From Utricularia gibba (lineage: Eukaryota; Plantae; Magnoliophyta): DNA of 64,000 nucleotides. Position numbers and translations under genes: made by a program. The stretch spans positions 2,604,001 through 2,668,000 of the forward strand of contig NEEC01000013.1 of the NCBI GenBank assembly GCA_002189035.1, read 5' to 3'. The notes under the pieces were generated by a model. It was not told the DNA's origin, ran no database searches, and saw nothing but the letters and a program-made list of their open reading frames with translations. Shown here in pieces: positions 1 through 12,108 of the stretch. How positions within the stretch are numbered: the stretch's first letter is position 1; each line of letters begins with the position of its first letter.

Positions 1-1280
1 TTTGCTGAGCTTGCCTTGTATTTGGAAGGGGCTAGGGTTCTGAGGCAGGATCCTTTGGAGTGCTTGATTCAGTTTATTTGCTCTTCCAATAATAACATTC
101 AAAGGATTACTAAAATGGTGGATTTCATTTCTTCCAAGGGGAAGCTTTTGGGAATGTGGGAGGATATGACTTTTTTGAGTTCCCCAGTCTAGAAAGATTA
201 GCTCTTCTCTCAGATTCTGAGCTAAGAGAAGCTGGTTTTGGTTATAGGTAAACTCAAGTACTTCCATCTTTTCACTCTTAGAGGCACAATTCATTAAATT
301 CTGTTCAATTTGGGATAGCTATAGTATGGCTTTTTAGGATGATGTCTGTTATATTTATTTAATATAAGAATATTTGCATGTTTTGGGTTGGATAGTTTGC
401 TTTTAAGCATGATGAGCTGCTACATTTACTTGATATGCGAATGCCTCTATGTTTTTATATATAATAGCCTACGCAAGCACGAGGATAAGGTAGCATGTCA
501 AATGCCATGGTGTACAAATTCTGAGTATTTACAAGTTAAAAGACGAGCCATGGCATTTATATTGTGCGAAAAGCAAACCCAATTGCATGCATGTAGGGAA
601 ACCAGGTATACTTTCCTGGTTTGCGGCCAATTCAGATATAACTTACGTAATGGTTGTCTTGTTTCTTCTGAACAGCAATGGTTTTTTTTTTTTTTTTCTG
701 TTGTTAAACTTTTTTGGGCTTCCTTTGATCCCTTGGAAACCAAATGAACAGGGCAAAGTACATCGTTGGTGCTGTGGAAGCCTTGAGATCAAAGTCAGGT
801 GGTGGTTCGGAATGGCTCGCTTCACTTCGTGAACTAGATCTTCATGATGCAATAGAATCCCTCTCCAGTCTACCTGGCGTCGGGCCAAAGGTAGCAGCTT
901 GTGTTGCCCTTTTCTCATTGGATCAACATCAGTCTGTTCCAGTAGACACCCATGTGTGGAAGGTGAGGAGGATTGTTTCTCCTCTTCCTTGTTAACTTGT
1001 AGGAGAACCACACAGACTACAGAGCTAAATATGATATGTATTGCAGATTGCCACGAGGGATCTCCTCCCTGAACTTGCTGGTACCCGTTTCACTCCAAAA
1101 CTGCACAAGTATGTTGCTGAGAGGTTCATCTGCAAGTACGGCAAGTTTGCAGGATGGGCACAGACTCTACTTTTCATTTCTGAACTTCCTTCCCAAAAAA
1201 CAGCCATAATGCGGCTCGAAGGGGATACCTCCACAAAGCCAAGAAACACGAAAGATGAAAACGGATTGACAAGTGAATGA
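1..1280 (+). CDS. OGG1: 8-oxoguanine DNA glycosylase 1, 5' part outside the window; apparent 1-nt frameshift near 150
   Basis: Exons 1..247, 752..962, 1047..1280 with GT-AG ends. Frame 1 reads ARVLRQDPLECLIQFICSSNNNIQRITKMVDF; the homologous text then continues in another frame (GNVGGYDFFEFPSLERL..AGFGYR). HhH-GPD motif LPGVGPKVAACVALFSLDQHQSVPVDTHVW and GWAQTLLF follow. Confidence 0.93.
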
Positions 1281-1863
1281 GGATCAGTCCTTAACAGGCA
1301 CCTGAGTAAAATCACTTCCCCTGCTGAGTCAACTGAGTGTTATCATGGCCATTGAAATTCATTCAGATTTGTATAAATGAAACAGGGATTCCATGTCTGA
1401 GTTCCTGAAAATGCATACAACCAGTTGTAGCCCATGCTGTTCAGGTTGAGGATTCACTCTCAAAATTGATTAATATCATTTTAGTCCCCTGAATTGTTCA
1501 TAATTTCAACTTGTTCACATAGCAACGCAGTTTAATTATAAATTACATAAAAAATCATTCCTAATCAGTTGTTTGAGTTTCATTCATTAAAAACATTTTT
1601 CAAAAAAATAATTTTATTAAAAATAAAAAAATGCTTACAAATTTCTGATAGAATGAATATTAAGTGGTTTTTCCTACAATATACAGTGACACCACATTCC
1701 ACAGTTGGAAGGAATGAAGTACTTATGTAAATAGAAAAGAGCTTATAAATTAAAGCTTTTTTTTATATATATAATGCCCCCACCAGGAGCTGAAGCAGGC
1801 ACCCGGTGACCGTCCATCATCTCTAGCTGCATCACATCATCCTCTTCTTCGGTGCTTGCATTT

Positions 1864-3216
1864 ATGCCCATGGCCAGTTTCTCCCCCAACTTCCCAGCTC
1901 TCGCTGCGCCCACATCGCAATCCCATACTAAGGCGGTGTTGGCGCTCAGGCCTTATCTTTCTTTTGGGGCTTCGAGGAAGTTTCAATTTTGCTCATTGGT
2001 GACTGCCGACAACGGATCTGGGGTGGCCGCTACGGTGGCGGATGAGGCTGCGGTGGGCTCAAATGGTTCTTTGGCGACTGCGGCAGCGGATGCTGAGCCT
2101 CTCTCTAAGAACGGGTTTCAGGACTCGAGGTGGATTGGGGGTACTTGGGACCTCACTCAGTTTACGAAAGACGGCCAGACCAACTGGGATGCTGTCATTG
2201 ATGCCGGTATCCGCGATTTTCATTTCACTATGATTGATTTTGCTTGTTGAGCTTGTTGAGGGAGATGGGATTTGCTTGGTTTTGTGTTTGAGTTGCTCTG
2301 TAGTCTCTTTTTGAGAAAATCTTGATGTTCAGTGGCTACTATACCAGCTAAATGATGTTGGTGGCCTTAGTTTATTACGGGTAATTAGTGTAATGCAGAT
2401 TTGTCTTACTTGAGACACTTTTCGAATGAACTGAATCCGGCAAGACAGCTCTAATTCATTATGATTGCCTATTGAATACTTGCCTCTCTTGTCCCAAGTA
2501 TGTCACTTTTGAACTAGCTGTCCCAGTAAATTTTGAACCTTTGATGAACAGTGAAATGTCACTTTTGCTTTATTCATAGTGTACCTTTAACAGCCCAAAA
2601 TTTCATGAAGTTGAAGAGCCTGCAGATTCACCATAACTGAATCATTCTTTTTGTTGATCTTTTAAACATTCATGGAGTGAAGGCCACTGAGTTCAAGTGA
2701 GAGGAAATGGCACTTGTTGACTTTATGCTTTCTTATGTCATGCAGAAGTGAAGAGGCGGAAGTGGATGGAAGATAATCCACAGTCATCAAGCAACGAAGA
2801 CCCTGTAATTTTCGACACCTCCATAGTTCCTTGGTGGGCATGGATGAAAAGATTCCATCTTCCTGAAGCTGAGTTGCTCAATGGTTTGCACTGCTAACTT
2901 CTGTAGGCAATCGAACTTAACCCATGATTCATGGTTGATCCTTGTCGCAAAACACTCTGCAGGGCGAGCTGCGATGATCGGCTTCTTCATGGCATATGTT
3001 GTCGATGGTTTAACCGGGGTTGGTCTCGTTGATCAGATGGGCAACTTCTTCTGCAAAACGCTGCTACTTGTTGCTGTGGGTGGCGTTCTCCTCATCAGAA
3101 AGAACGAAGATATCGGGACAATCAAGAAATTAGTGGACGAGTCTACCTTTTATGATAAGCAGTGGCAAGCAACTTGGCAGGATGAGCCACAATCCGTCAT
3201 CACTGAGAAGAAGTAG
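1864..3216 (+). CDS. LIL3: Light-harvesting-like protein 3 (LIL3), chloroplastic
   Basis: Exons about 1864(or 1870)..2206, 2746..2883, 2963..3216. Transit-peptide-like N-terminus, [48 protein letters not shown] (LHC motif), [10 protein letters not shown]. Confidence 0.95.
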
Positions 3217-3533
3217 CAGAAGAAATTGCTCTCTACTTTCAGGATTATTATGCTTTGCGCTTGTTTATTTACCTGTTACTCCGGAGCTGCATAACCGTAG
3301 TGTTTTGTGGAGCTTTCAAGCTATGCCTTTTTCTGAAAAGAAAACGTGAGTTTGCCAGCAACCTTTGCTCCTCCAAATCTCACCCAAGAAAACTTTGTTA
3401 CCTCAGGGGATTTACCCTCCGTCACTCCATGACAACACCATCTTTAGCATCTGGAAACACTATCGGTGCAGTGCACATCTCCTTCAGGGCGCCCGCCGGA
3501 GATTTACCAATTCCGATCGTCTGAAAGTTGGAG

Positions 3534-3583
3534 TATTTATACCTAGCAGCCGGGCTTCTCTAGATGGGCCTGGAATTGGGCTT
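3534..3583 (-). promoter_or_regulatory. Orphan core promoter: TATAAATA on the minus strand with upstream site II-like TGGGCY motifs
   Basis: TATTTATA at 3534..3541 (+), TGGGCC near 3565 and TGGGCT near 3578; no recognised gene follows on the minus strand. Confidence 0.3.
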
Positions 3584-4119
3584 ATGTGTGTGCTTTCTTC
3601 CAGCCCAAAGAATTTTCAAGGTCCACAAAGAGTTGTATTAACTCAAAGTTAAGCCTAATTCATATTAAATGGCACGTATTAATCACATATTTGATAAGTA
3701 TTAGGCATTTTTATTCAATATCGTATATTATAAATTTAAATAAATTTTATTTAAATTTTCATTAAATATAAAATATAATATTACTTTTTATTTTAAAATT
3801 CCAATTATATAGTCATTTTAGTTTTAAATAAACAAGTGATAATTAATTATAATTTTGAATTTGAAATTTCATTGTAAATGTAATACCCGTCTTTTTACTC
3901 GAATTTTGGATTCGGTGCAGCCCGAGTTGCCCTATTTTCCCAATCGCACTGGTACTGAATCGGGAGTAGCAGAAGAGATTGCTCTCTGCCCCCTGCTCTG
4001 TCGCCGTTTCTGGATTTTTTGGTGTATCTGCGTTGAAGGTGAACATCACTACTTGCGTTAATTTGATCCGTTTCACGACTATGAGCTCGATTTCTTGTAT
4101 TTTCCACGCATTTTCAGGA

Positions 4120-4935
4120 ATGAGTGGAGGAGCAATGATGGAGAAGTCATCAGCCACTAAAACCCCGTCTGATTTTCTGAAGTCGATACGTGGTCGGCCT
4201 GTTGTTGTTAAACTGAACTCTGGAGTTGACTACAGAGGTAAACCTACGGTATTGATTTGCATCTTTTTTTTTTTTTTGTTTTGGTTACATATGAGTTTGT
4301 GAAGTTGCTTACTTGTAATGCCATTTTTGGGTGTTTTGAGTAGTTCCTGTTTTGCTCAGTGGGCACTATTTAGGTTTCCTAACCTCGACTGAGGCTTCAC
4401 GCATTTGAGAATCTCAGTTGAGTTTCCGCGTTCTGTTGTTGTGTTGGTTTACGCATTAGGACATTCTTTACACGTGGTTTCGTTGACTACAATCCTCCAG
4501 TTTAGGTGGCATTTTGATCGAGTTTTCAGCTACGCAAGCTAGTGTATTCTAGGCCTTTATTTTCATTTTTTAGTTTATGTATTTTGTCAGTCTATTATGC
4601 TAATGCTTCACGGATCTTGGTTAATCAAAATATGACATAAAACTCTGGTATGTTCGACTTCTTCATGTGCGCATACCCATATGCAGGTATTCTCGCATGT
4701 CTTGATGGATATATGAACATTGCAATGGAGCAAACTGAGGAGTATGTGAACGGGCAGTTGAAGAACAAGTATGGGGATGCCTTCATCCGTGGAAATAATG
4801 GTAGGTCCTCGTCTCAAGCTTAATCACTATCATATTTAGCCTTTCAATGCTTCGTTGGTTGCACATATATTTTATTTTTCGGATGCAGTGCTCTATATAA
4901 GTACATCCAAGGGAACCATCGCGGATGGGGCTTAG
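4120..4935 (+). CDS. LSM6: Sm-like protein LSM6
   Basis: Exons 4120..4237, 4687..4800, 4889..4935: KTPSDFLKSIRGRPVVVKLNSGVDYRG|ILACLDGYMNIAMEQTEEYVNGQLKNKYGDAFIRGNN|VLYIS. An AG immediately upstream of the ATG suggests a 5'UTR intron. Confidence 0.96.
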
Positions 4936-5499
4936 TACCATATATATCTTCCGAGGTACCATGAATTTGCATTTCTTGTTCTTGCATCTTCATATCATTT
5001 TCGTGTACAAACATGATGCCTATGCTGGCTTTAAACACCGAGATGTGACCCTAGTTAGTCTTTTGACAGCTTTCAGACCTTTCAACTATATTAGCATTTT
5101 GTTAGTTGTCTCAACTGTTGGAGCATATTCTTATGCATTGAGCCCCACCTTGAGACATAATGCAATGCAATGCAACCAAATGAATCAAGCATGCTCAGTA
5201 TCAAATGCTATTAATGAAATACGCCTTCCTATTGCCTCCTGCAGAATTACCAAGCCCACAGCAACCAATTTATTCATGCACTTGCATAAATAAGCATTAC
5301 AGGTAGCAGGTGACAGTTTAAATACACTTGTGGTTCACAGTCGGTACAATTTTCTCCAAATTACAAGAAAGAATGGCACGAATGCAAGGCTAAAATCCCG
5401 ATGAATCGCAGGCTGCAATGCCTACGAGTGAGTGTACACACACACAAGGGAGTTATGATAATACCCTCCACCTCAGAATTCATCAGTGAATGAAATCTT

Positions 5500-8400
5500 C
5501 TAAAGCAATGTTGGATACTTGGCATCAAGGAAATCTCTCAATGTTTTTGCAGCCTTTTGACCACCCATCAGCTCTGCAAGCCTCTCCATGGGGAGTAGAG
5601 CAAGGTCTGCCAAGCTGCTACACCCCTCCATTATTGATCGGTAGTTCGTGTTTGTGACTCCTGGTAGCCGCCGAAGAAACTCAACAGCTGATACATTGTA
5701 ATTTTCAGCTCTGCCACCAAAAAAAAACCCAAGATGAGTCTAAGGTCTGGAGGCTACAGAAGAGAATAAAACACACCAAATATGCAGTTTGGGACAGAAG
5801 ATGAGTCTGGAGGATGCCGCAAACAATGTCATTAGAAGGTAGCACTAAGAAATGTGACAGAATCTAAAACATGTAAACATGAAATGGGAAGGCGAGTGCT
5901 GAGAAATTACCTGACATCATTCTCAACAACGCCATCCTCTGATGGAATGCCGATTCTAGTTGCCTTAAACTCATCAGGTTCATCCTGGTTTGTTTTAAGC
6001 ATGCTGAAAATTTCTGCAGTTGCATGCAAACTGCGAGACCAGACTATTCTTAGGCGAGGAAAATGGAGCACTAGCAGTGACAACTTGGATATAATGCTGT
6101 TTGGTGCAACATCGTCTCCTATCTCACCTGCTGACTGCATGGACAAATCATGAATCTAGTATAAGTACGTTGTCTGCAATCATCAAAGTGATGATATATT
6201 ATCAATCAAGCACCTGGAATGAAAAGCTTTTATCTTGTGAAAACTCAATGAGTAGAACAGGTATTTTATAATAACGGGACATCATCTCTGCTTGATGATA
6301 TAAACGCCCAGATGCAAAACTGCCAAAAAGATCTTGTATGCTCTTACGCTCAACACATATCAAAGGGGAAAGGATGTAATCTCCAACTTCTAACGTCACT
6401 GGTACAACATGAATGCCTTTCTGGTGAAGGACGTTTGGAAGGCTGCTCATGAATTCTCTCATGTCCACTATAATCTGGAACAAAAAACTGTCATGAACAT
6501 ATAGACCAAAAATCAACACAGGATTCAATATTGACCAACCTGCATTCTCTTTTCAGTTTCTTTCCTGCCACCTGCCTTCCTAGTGACCAAATTTTGTGCG
6601 GTGACAGATTGTTGCTCCAGCTCAGAACCCATGCGCAGGAATTCATCCTGAACGTGGCAAGCACTTGGATTCAGTACACCTTTGGAGACCAAATAAGTAA
6701 CATTCCAATGTCTACTGCACTTCAGATAGGGTAGTTGTAAAGTGTATCCTAAGTGATGGCTTCTGTGTGTATAAACATGATCAAATATCTTATCACAATT
6801 GAAAATCTTGTGTTCAGCTAACAATTATTGCTAGATATAATTCCAGATCCAGCTAGTGAGAGAAAATAAAGTTATTCATACAGACCTGATTCGTGGGTAT
6901 CATCATCAGAGACTTTTGCCTGATCAGGGATTCAAATGCTGCATTTTCTCTACGCAAACTTGCCTCGAATTTCTGAACCTCAGTAGAATCGCCATAAAAT
7001 AAAAAGTACACTTTCACCCTTCTTGATGAGTTTTCAGATTTGTAGACTTCAATTTCTCTAACGAAGGCCTGGTCTGGATGGTAAAGGATTATTACAGAAG
7101 GCTGTAAGAAGTCCAATATATTCTGATTACTGTCCAGAGCATGGAAATGAACTGCTGCGAGCAAACCATTTTCAGATCCTTCATGATGCTTATGAAGAAA
7201 CCCTTTATCTGACAGCTGCTCGGACTCGATATTCTTGCAAACAACTGAATCACAGGCCACTAAATCATCTTCCATTGTCCTCTTTTCTTTTTCTGAGGTG
7301 GAAGCTTTGGATCTCTTTTTCTTCTTCTCTTTTTCCCTTCCTCTGCGTTGCTCTCCAGCTTCATCATGTTCGACTGCAGCAGCCCTTTTTCGTTGTTTAC
7401 TTAAATCATGTGCCGCAGCCAACAGTGCATCATTTTCTTGCATGCTAATGCTACCAAGTTCAACTTTTTGTCCGGAGACAGAAGGAATAACTCCATCAAG
7501 AATTCCAAAACCTTTTAGTGCTTTGGGTTTCTTTTTGCTGCTCTTTGGTAGAGCTTGCAACTCTACTTTACTCAACAAGTATTTTTCCCATTCATCTTCC
7601 ATAACCTTCAGGAAACAGTTTTTGGCATTCCTCAATACAAAAAATAATTAACAATGTATAGAAAGATGAGAGCAGCACAAATTTAACAAAAAGTTTGACA
7701 AAATAGTTAATATAAAGTAAGGGACTTTTGTTGCCCCAACACTTTTCACATTTGACTTCCTTTGGCAACTTGAAGGAATGTATGGAGTAAATTCAAGAGA
7801 ACAAGGCACTCCCGGTATAAATAGTCACAAGCCATGAACATTTGAAAAATGGAGCAGAAGAGGATAACAGCCATCTGAATGATTTCAATACAAAATATTC
7901 AAATAAACAGACAGCAAAGCTTGTACAACCTTATCGGGGCCTTTGGCGGTGCAATCCTGTAGTTGCATGCATGAAAACTCATCCTTGCAAGCAACGAGAA
8001 TAATCCCTTTATGATCTTCTCTTTCCAATCCATCTCCACCTTCGAATGTTTGTTTTTGTCTCTCCTCTTGTATCTCTATGAGAATATCCTGAAGCAGAAT
8101 ATCAAGTTCACAATTAATTTCCAACACTGCCCCTATAACCAATAACATTGGTTCTTCTGAAACAAAATGACTTTAGCGCTTGGATATGTAGCCAAGATTC
8201 CAAACTCACACGCAAGATCTTCCACTTTGGAGGCTGCTCCAAAACTTTTCGTAAACCAACCACACTTTTTGTGCTTGCTGATGAATCTACACATCAAATA
8301 AAGAGTAATAAGCACAAATTTCAGAAGAAAAATTTAACACAAAACAGCACTCCATTCTACCACTCATCACATAACATATCATTTGATCATTTGACACTAC

Positions 8401-10409
8401 AATATAAGTAGGGCACATAAAGTAAATACTGTACTCATCTTCTACTAAAAATAAAGCAGAACAAATGAAGTCAGAAAATGCGATAGTGAATATTTACCGT
8501 CTTTTGGTTTGGTCTTTTCACTGTGTTTTCTCTTCTTCGAAGATGAAGCAGAAATGTCCTCACCATCCAACCTACTAAACTGATACACCCGCTCCTTTGC
8601 ATGCTCAAAAATCTTGTAACTAGACTCAGCAAAGATCCAAACAGACCGAAAGCTCTCAGAAGCTCTAAGAGAATCAAGGTACTTCAGGAAAGTAACTGCA
8701 TCATACCTTTGAAGGAAAAGGGGCTATTAAATCCCATTCATGAGCATTAGAATCCAATTAGAGCGCAGCAATCCTATTCATGTTTAGGAAATCATTCGTT
8801 TCAAAGTATATCAAAGTCTGCAGAGAGCATCATCTATCAAGCAAACATTCAACAGGATTCAAAACAATCGTGGCTCATCATTTCCAAATTATGAGAAGAA
8901 AATACATGCTTCACCCATTTGAATACCTTAAGGTGCGCCAACATGAACCATTATCTTACGAAGACCATTAATCATTACCCCACGTAAAATATGCAGTAGT
9001 ATTTAACAGTTTTCATTTCCTACTAAAAATGGTGATACTGCAATGTCTGATGAATCATAAGCATCAAGATAGATTGGTAGCTTATGTCTTCAAAAACTAA
9101 ATTGATGTAGAAAAATCTAAAATCCACATGGTTCAGCAATTTTACTCAATAGTTCTCTGTTGGTATAAAGCAGGGAAATGCTGACACCAAGCGCTTTCAT
9201 TATAAACTTATTCAAAGATATAAAACCACATTAATTGTACAATGACTTACTCTACGCATAGCACTGATACATAGCCTAATTCACATAAAGAATTTTGAGA
9301 ACCTACCTCACCAGATAATCCAACAGCTTACGCAGGGTCTTCAGATCAGACACAAGCTGTTTAGTTCTCTTCCCTAATGTATGCCATATGGGATCCAACT
9401 GCCTCCGTATAATCTCATCAAATGACTTGAACAAGCCATTCTCCACCGTCAAATCCTCTATATCGACCTTATTAGTCTTTCTCATCTCCTTCAGACATGC
9501 ATCCATCACTTCAACGACTGATTTTTGAATTACAAGCATGTGAGAAGACATAGGGACACGAACATCCACCACTTCAGGAGGGTCCTTTTCCAACTCCTGA
9601 GAAATATAAACCTAGCAAAAACAGTAAGAAGAGAAACCAATCAATGTTTTTCCTTACAAAAATCACATAACAGCGTTGAACTCCAAAAAGGATGGAGGAT
9701 ACCCAAATTTGATCCCAAAATCCAATATTTAGACCAATAATCTACATCAAGAACCATGTATAAGCTGGCAATAAACAACTCAAAGTCCATGTAACAGTCG
9801 ACGGAAGGCAGATATCAACGCTGTAATAATAAGTAAACATTGCCAATGAATCAACCAAATAAAGTCTAAGGGTACCTGAAATCTGGGCCAAAGATGAAGT
9901 TTGCGGAGAAAAAGGCACTTAAGGGTACGCTCAGCTTTAGCGAAACCAGAGACCATGGATTGCGGCCGGTCGGAGAAGGCTCGTACACAAAGAGAACGAT
10001 TGGAAGAACGCAAAAACCGGACAATGAAGGCCTCCGTTGAGGTATCCGAAAGAGAGTGCACATTAAGGAGTACTATCTCCGCCACAGTGGTGGTGGGTAG
10101 GCGTTCAGTCAGCAAATCGACGATGAGAATCCGCGCGGTGATGAAAAAGACCCCTCCGGACGTGTAGAGCGAGAGGCGGTGGTTTGAAGAATGCTCAGCA
10201 GTGATGGAAGGGTACTGAGAGTCGACGTCAATAGAATCTTTCTGCGAAGGAGTGGCGTTCAGGATGAGGAGAGAGCCCCGAGAGGGATCGTGGAGAGTGA
10301 GGATGGAAGATACGAGCTTGGAAAGTCCGAGGCCGGCCGAAAGAACCACAAGGCCGCCGGAAGGATCCTCCAGCAGGTCGGCGATTATGTGCTCATGGAA
10401 TCTGACCAT
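5500..10409 (-). CDS. UVH1: DNA repair endonuclease XPF/RAD1 (UVH1)
   Basis: Ten exons could be joined in frame: [20 protein letters not shown]|[72 protein letters not shown] (ERCC4 nuclease motif), HhH2 tail [19 protein letters not shown]. Confidence 0.96.
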
Positions 10410-12108
10410 CCTTCAATTCCGGCGTCAGCGATGGGTTATTGCAACGGCGGCCATCGACCCACCCCCTCTGCCTCACAAATAAATTAACTTTCTTCAATAG
10501 CTAGCAATCAGTCTTATATGCAGTGGGTTCTTTCAATAGGTAAGCATTCAGGGGAACTTGGTATCAACAAACTCAATACTCAAACTAAAACCACGACACT
10601 GCACCGGGAAGTGAACCCGTTTACCATTCTAACAGCTCTGAGGAGCTGATGAAAGAACTGAATGCCGCTTTTCCCACAGAAGACTTGCCAAGTGCAATAC
10701 CCAATGTCGATGAAGCAATCAGTTCAGAACACCCCGGTTGAAACCAGCATCAGCAGAAGCAACCCAAGCATCCCTCACATTCAAGTGGATAGATATCTTC
10801 CAAACAAATGCTTGGAGATGGAATGCAAAGCGTACTGAGGCAGCATCTGCCGAAGGGATCTCCTGGTTCCACCGAAACATGGACCTTCAAGCGCCTTGTC
10901 ATCAAATGGGATGATACCTTGTGATGATGATTTCAAAAGCGGAGCCATCATCATCAGCGATCAACCTGCCCCGCACAAAAGCAACTCCGTTTTGGACTCC
11001 ATTCGGCCGGTCGAGTCAACTCTTCAACCTGCAAAACTGAATCCAACCCAACATCTGTTGAGTGTAGAAGTTGCCGTGGACTTTTCTTTTGTGGACAGCA
11101 AAAGGCGTTAGGGTGGTCACACAAGCAATGTCGAATTAGCATCCGGGAGGAGGAGGTGTTCTCGCTTCACCGGCTCTTGGAATTCCAACAACATGGAATT
11201 TAATAAAATCAAAATTCATTCTTATTTTACATGATACTATTGGATTTGAGCTATAAGATTAGGATAATCTCTTTATATAAATAAAAATATTAATAAATCC
11301 ATTTTAATTGATTCAAAAATAGTTCAACTCAAATATATAAATAAATCGAAAAATAATTCAATTCACTGGGCTTAAATTGGCAAATTTTACTGTATTGGGC
11401 ACCCGCAAGGATTCCGGGTCGGGTCTTTATTAAATTGTATGAATAATCAGAATTATGAGGGGTTGACTTTGGCTCTCCGTGTCGTGGAGGTGGGGGCCAT
11501 CACACCTGCTCTTCCCAACGCATCCAGAGTCACCCGAAGCAGGACCTTGAAATCTGCAACCGCTGCTCTTTTCTTCCTTCTTTTTGTCGCGTTCTCGCTC
11601 CACGCTCACGGAGACTTTGGTACGGCACTTCTCTCTGGGCACCTCTTGCTTTAATTTCGCTGTTTTTCTACTGCTGTCAGGTAGTGGAAGGCTCATTCCC
11701 TGGAGTGATCACTTGGATACTTGTTACCCGGCAATTATTTGATGTTGATTTACTTGCCCATCTTCGCCTTAAGTTTCATGCATTATGCGTTTGATCTGAA
11801 TTATGTTTGGGGGTGTTTTGAAGTGCTATTGAATGTCAGGGCAGTGGTTGATTTTTTTTGTGGAAGTTCTTGCTGTAGAAGGTGGTTTGACCCTTGGATA
11901 CTTTTGGGAATGTTGTCATATGCAAGACTTATCCACATTTGACAAGTTTATGTTATGTTTAATCGTATCTTGGCTACCACTTATCGGTAAATGCTGGGAC
12001 TTCTGTATTTCGCAGGGCGGCTTGGAGTGATTCGTGGACTTGTATGGTAAGGCATAAGGGAACAAGGCATTTGTGATATATGTGGGGAGGGGGTATTCTT
12101 CCCTCAAT

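Noticed and set aside
8255-8290. Suspected frameshift in XPF exon 4
   Set aside because: On re-reading, the exon joins in frame ([22 protein letters not shown]); XPF appears intact.
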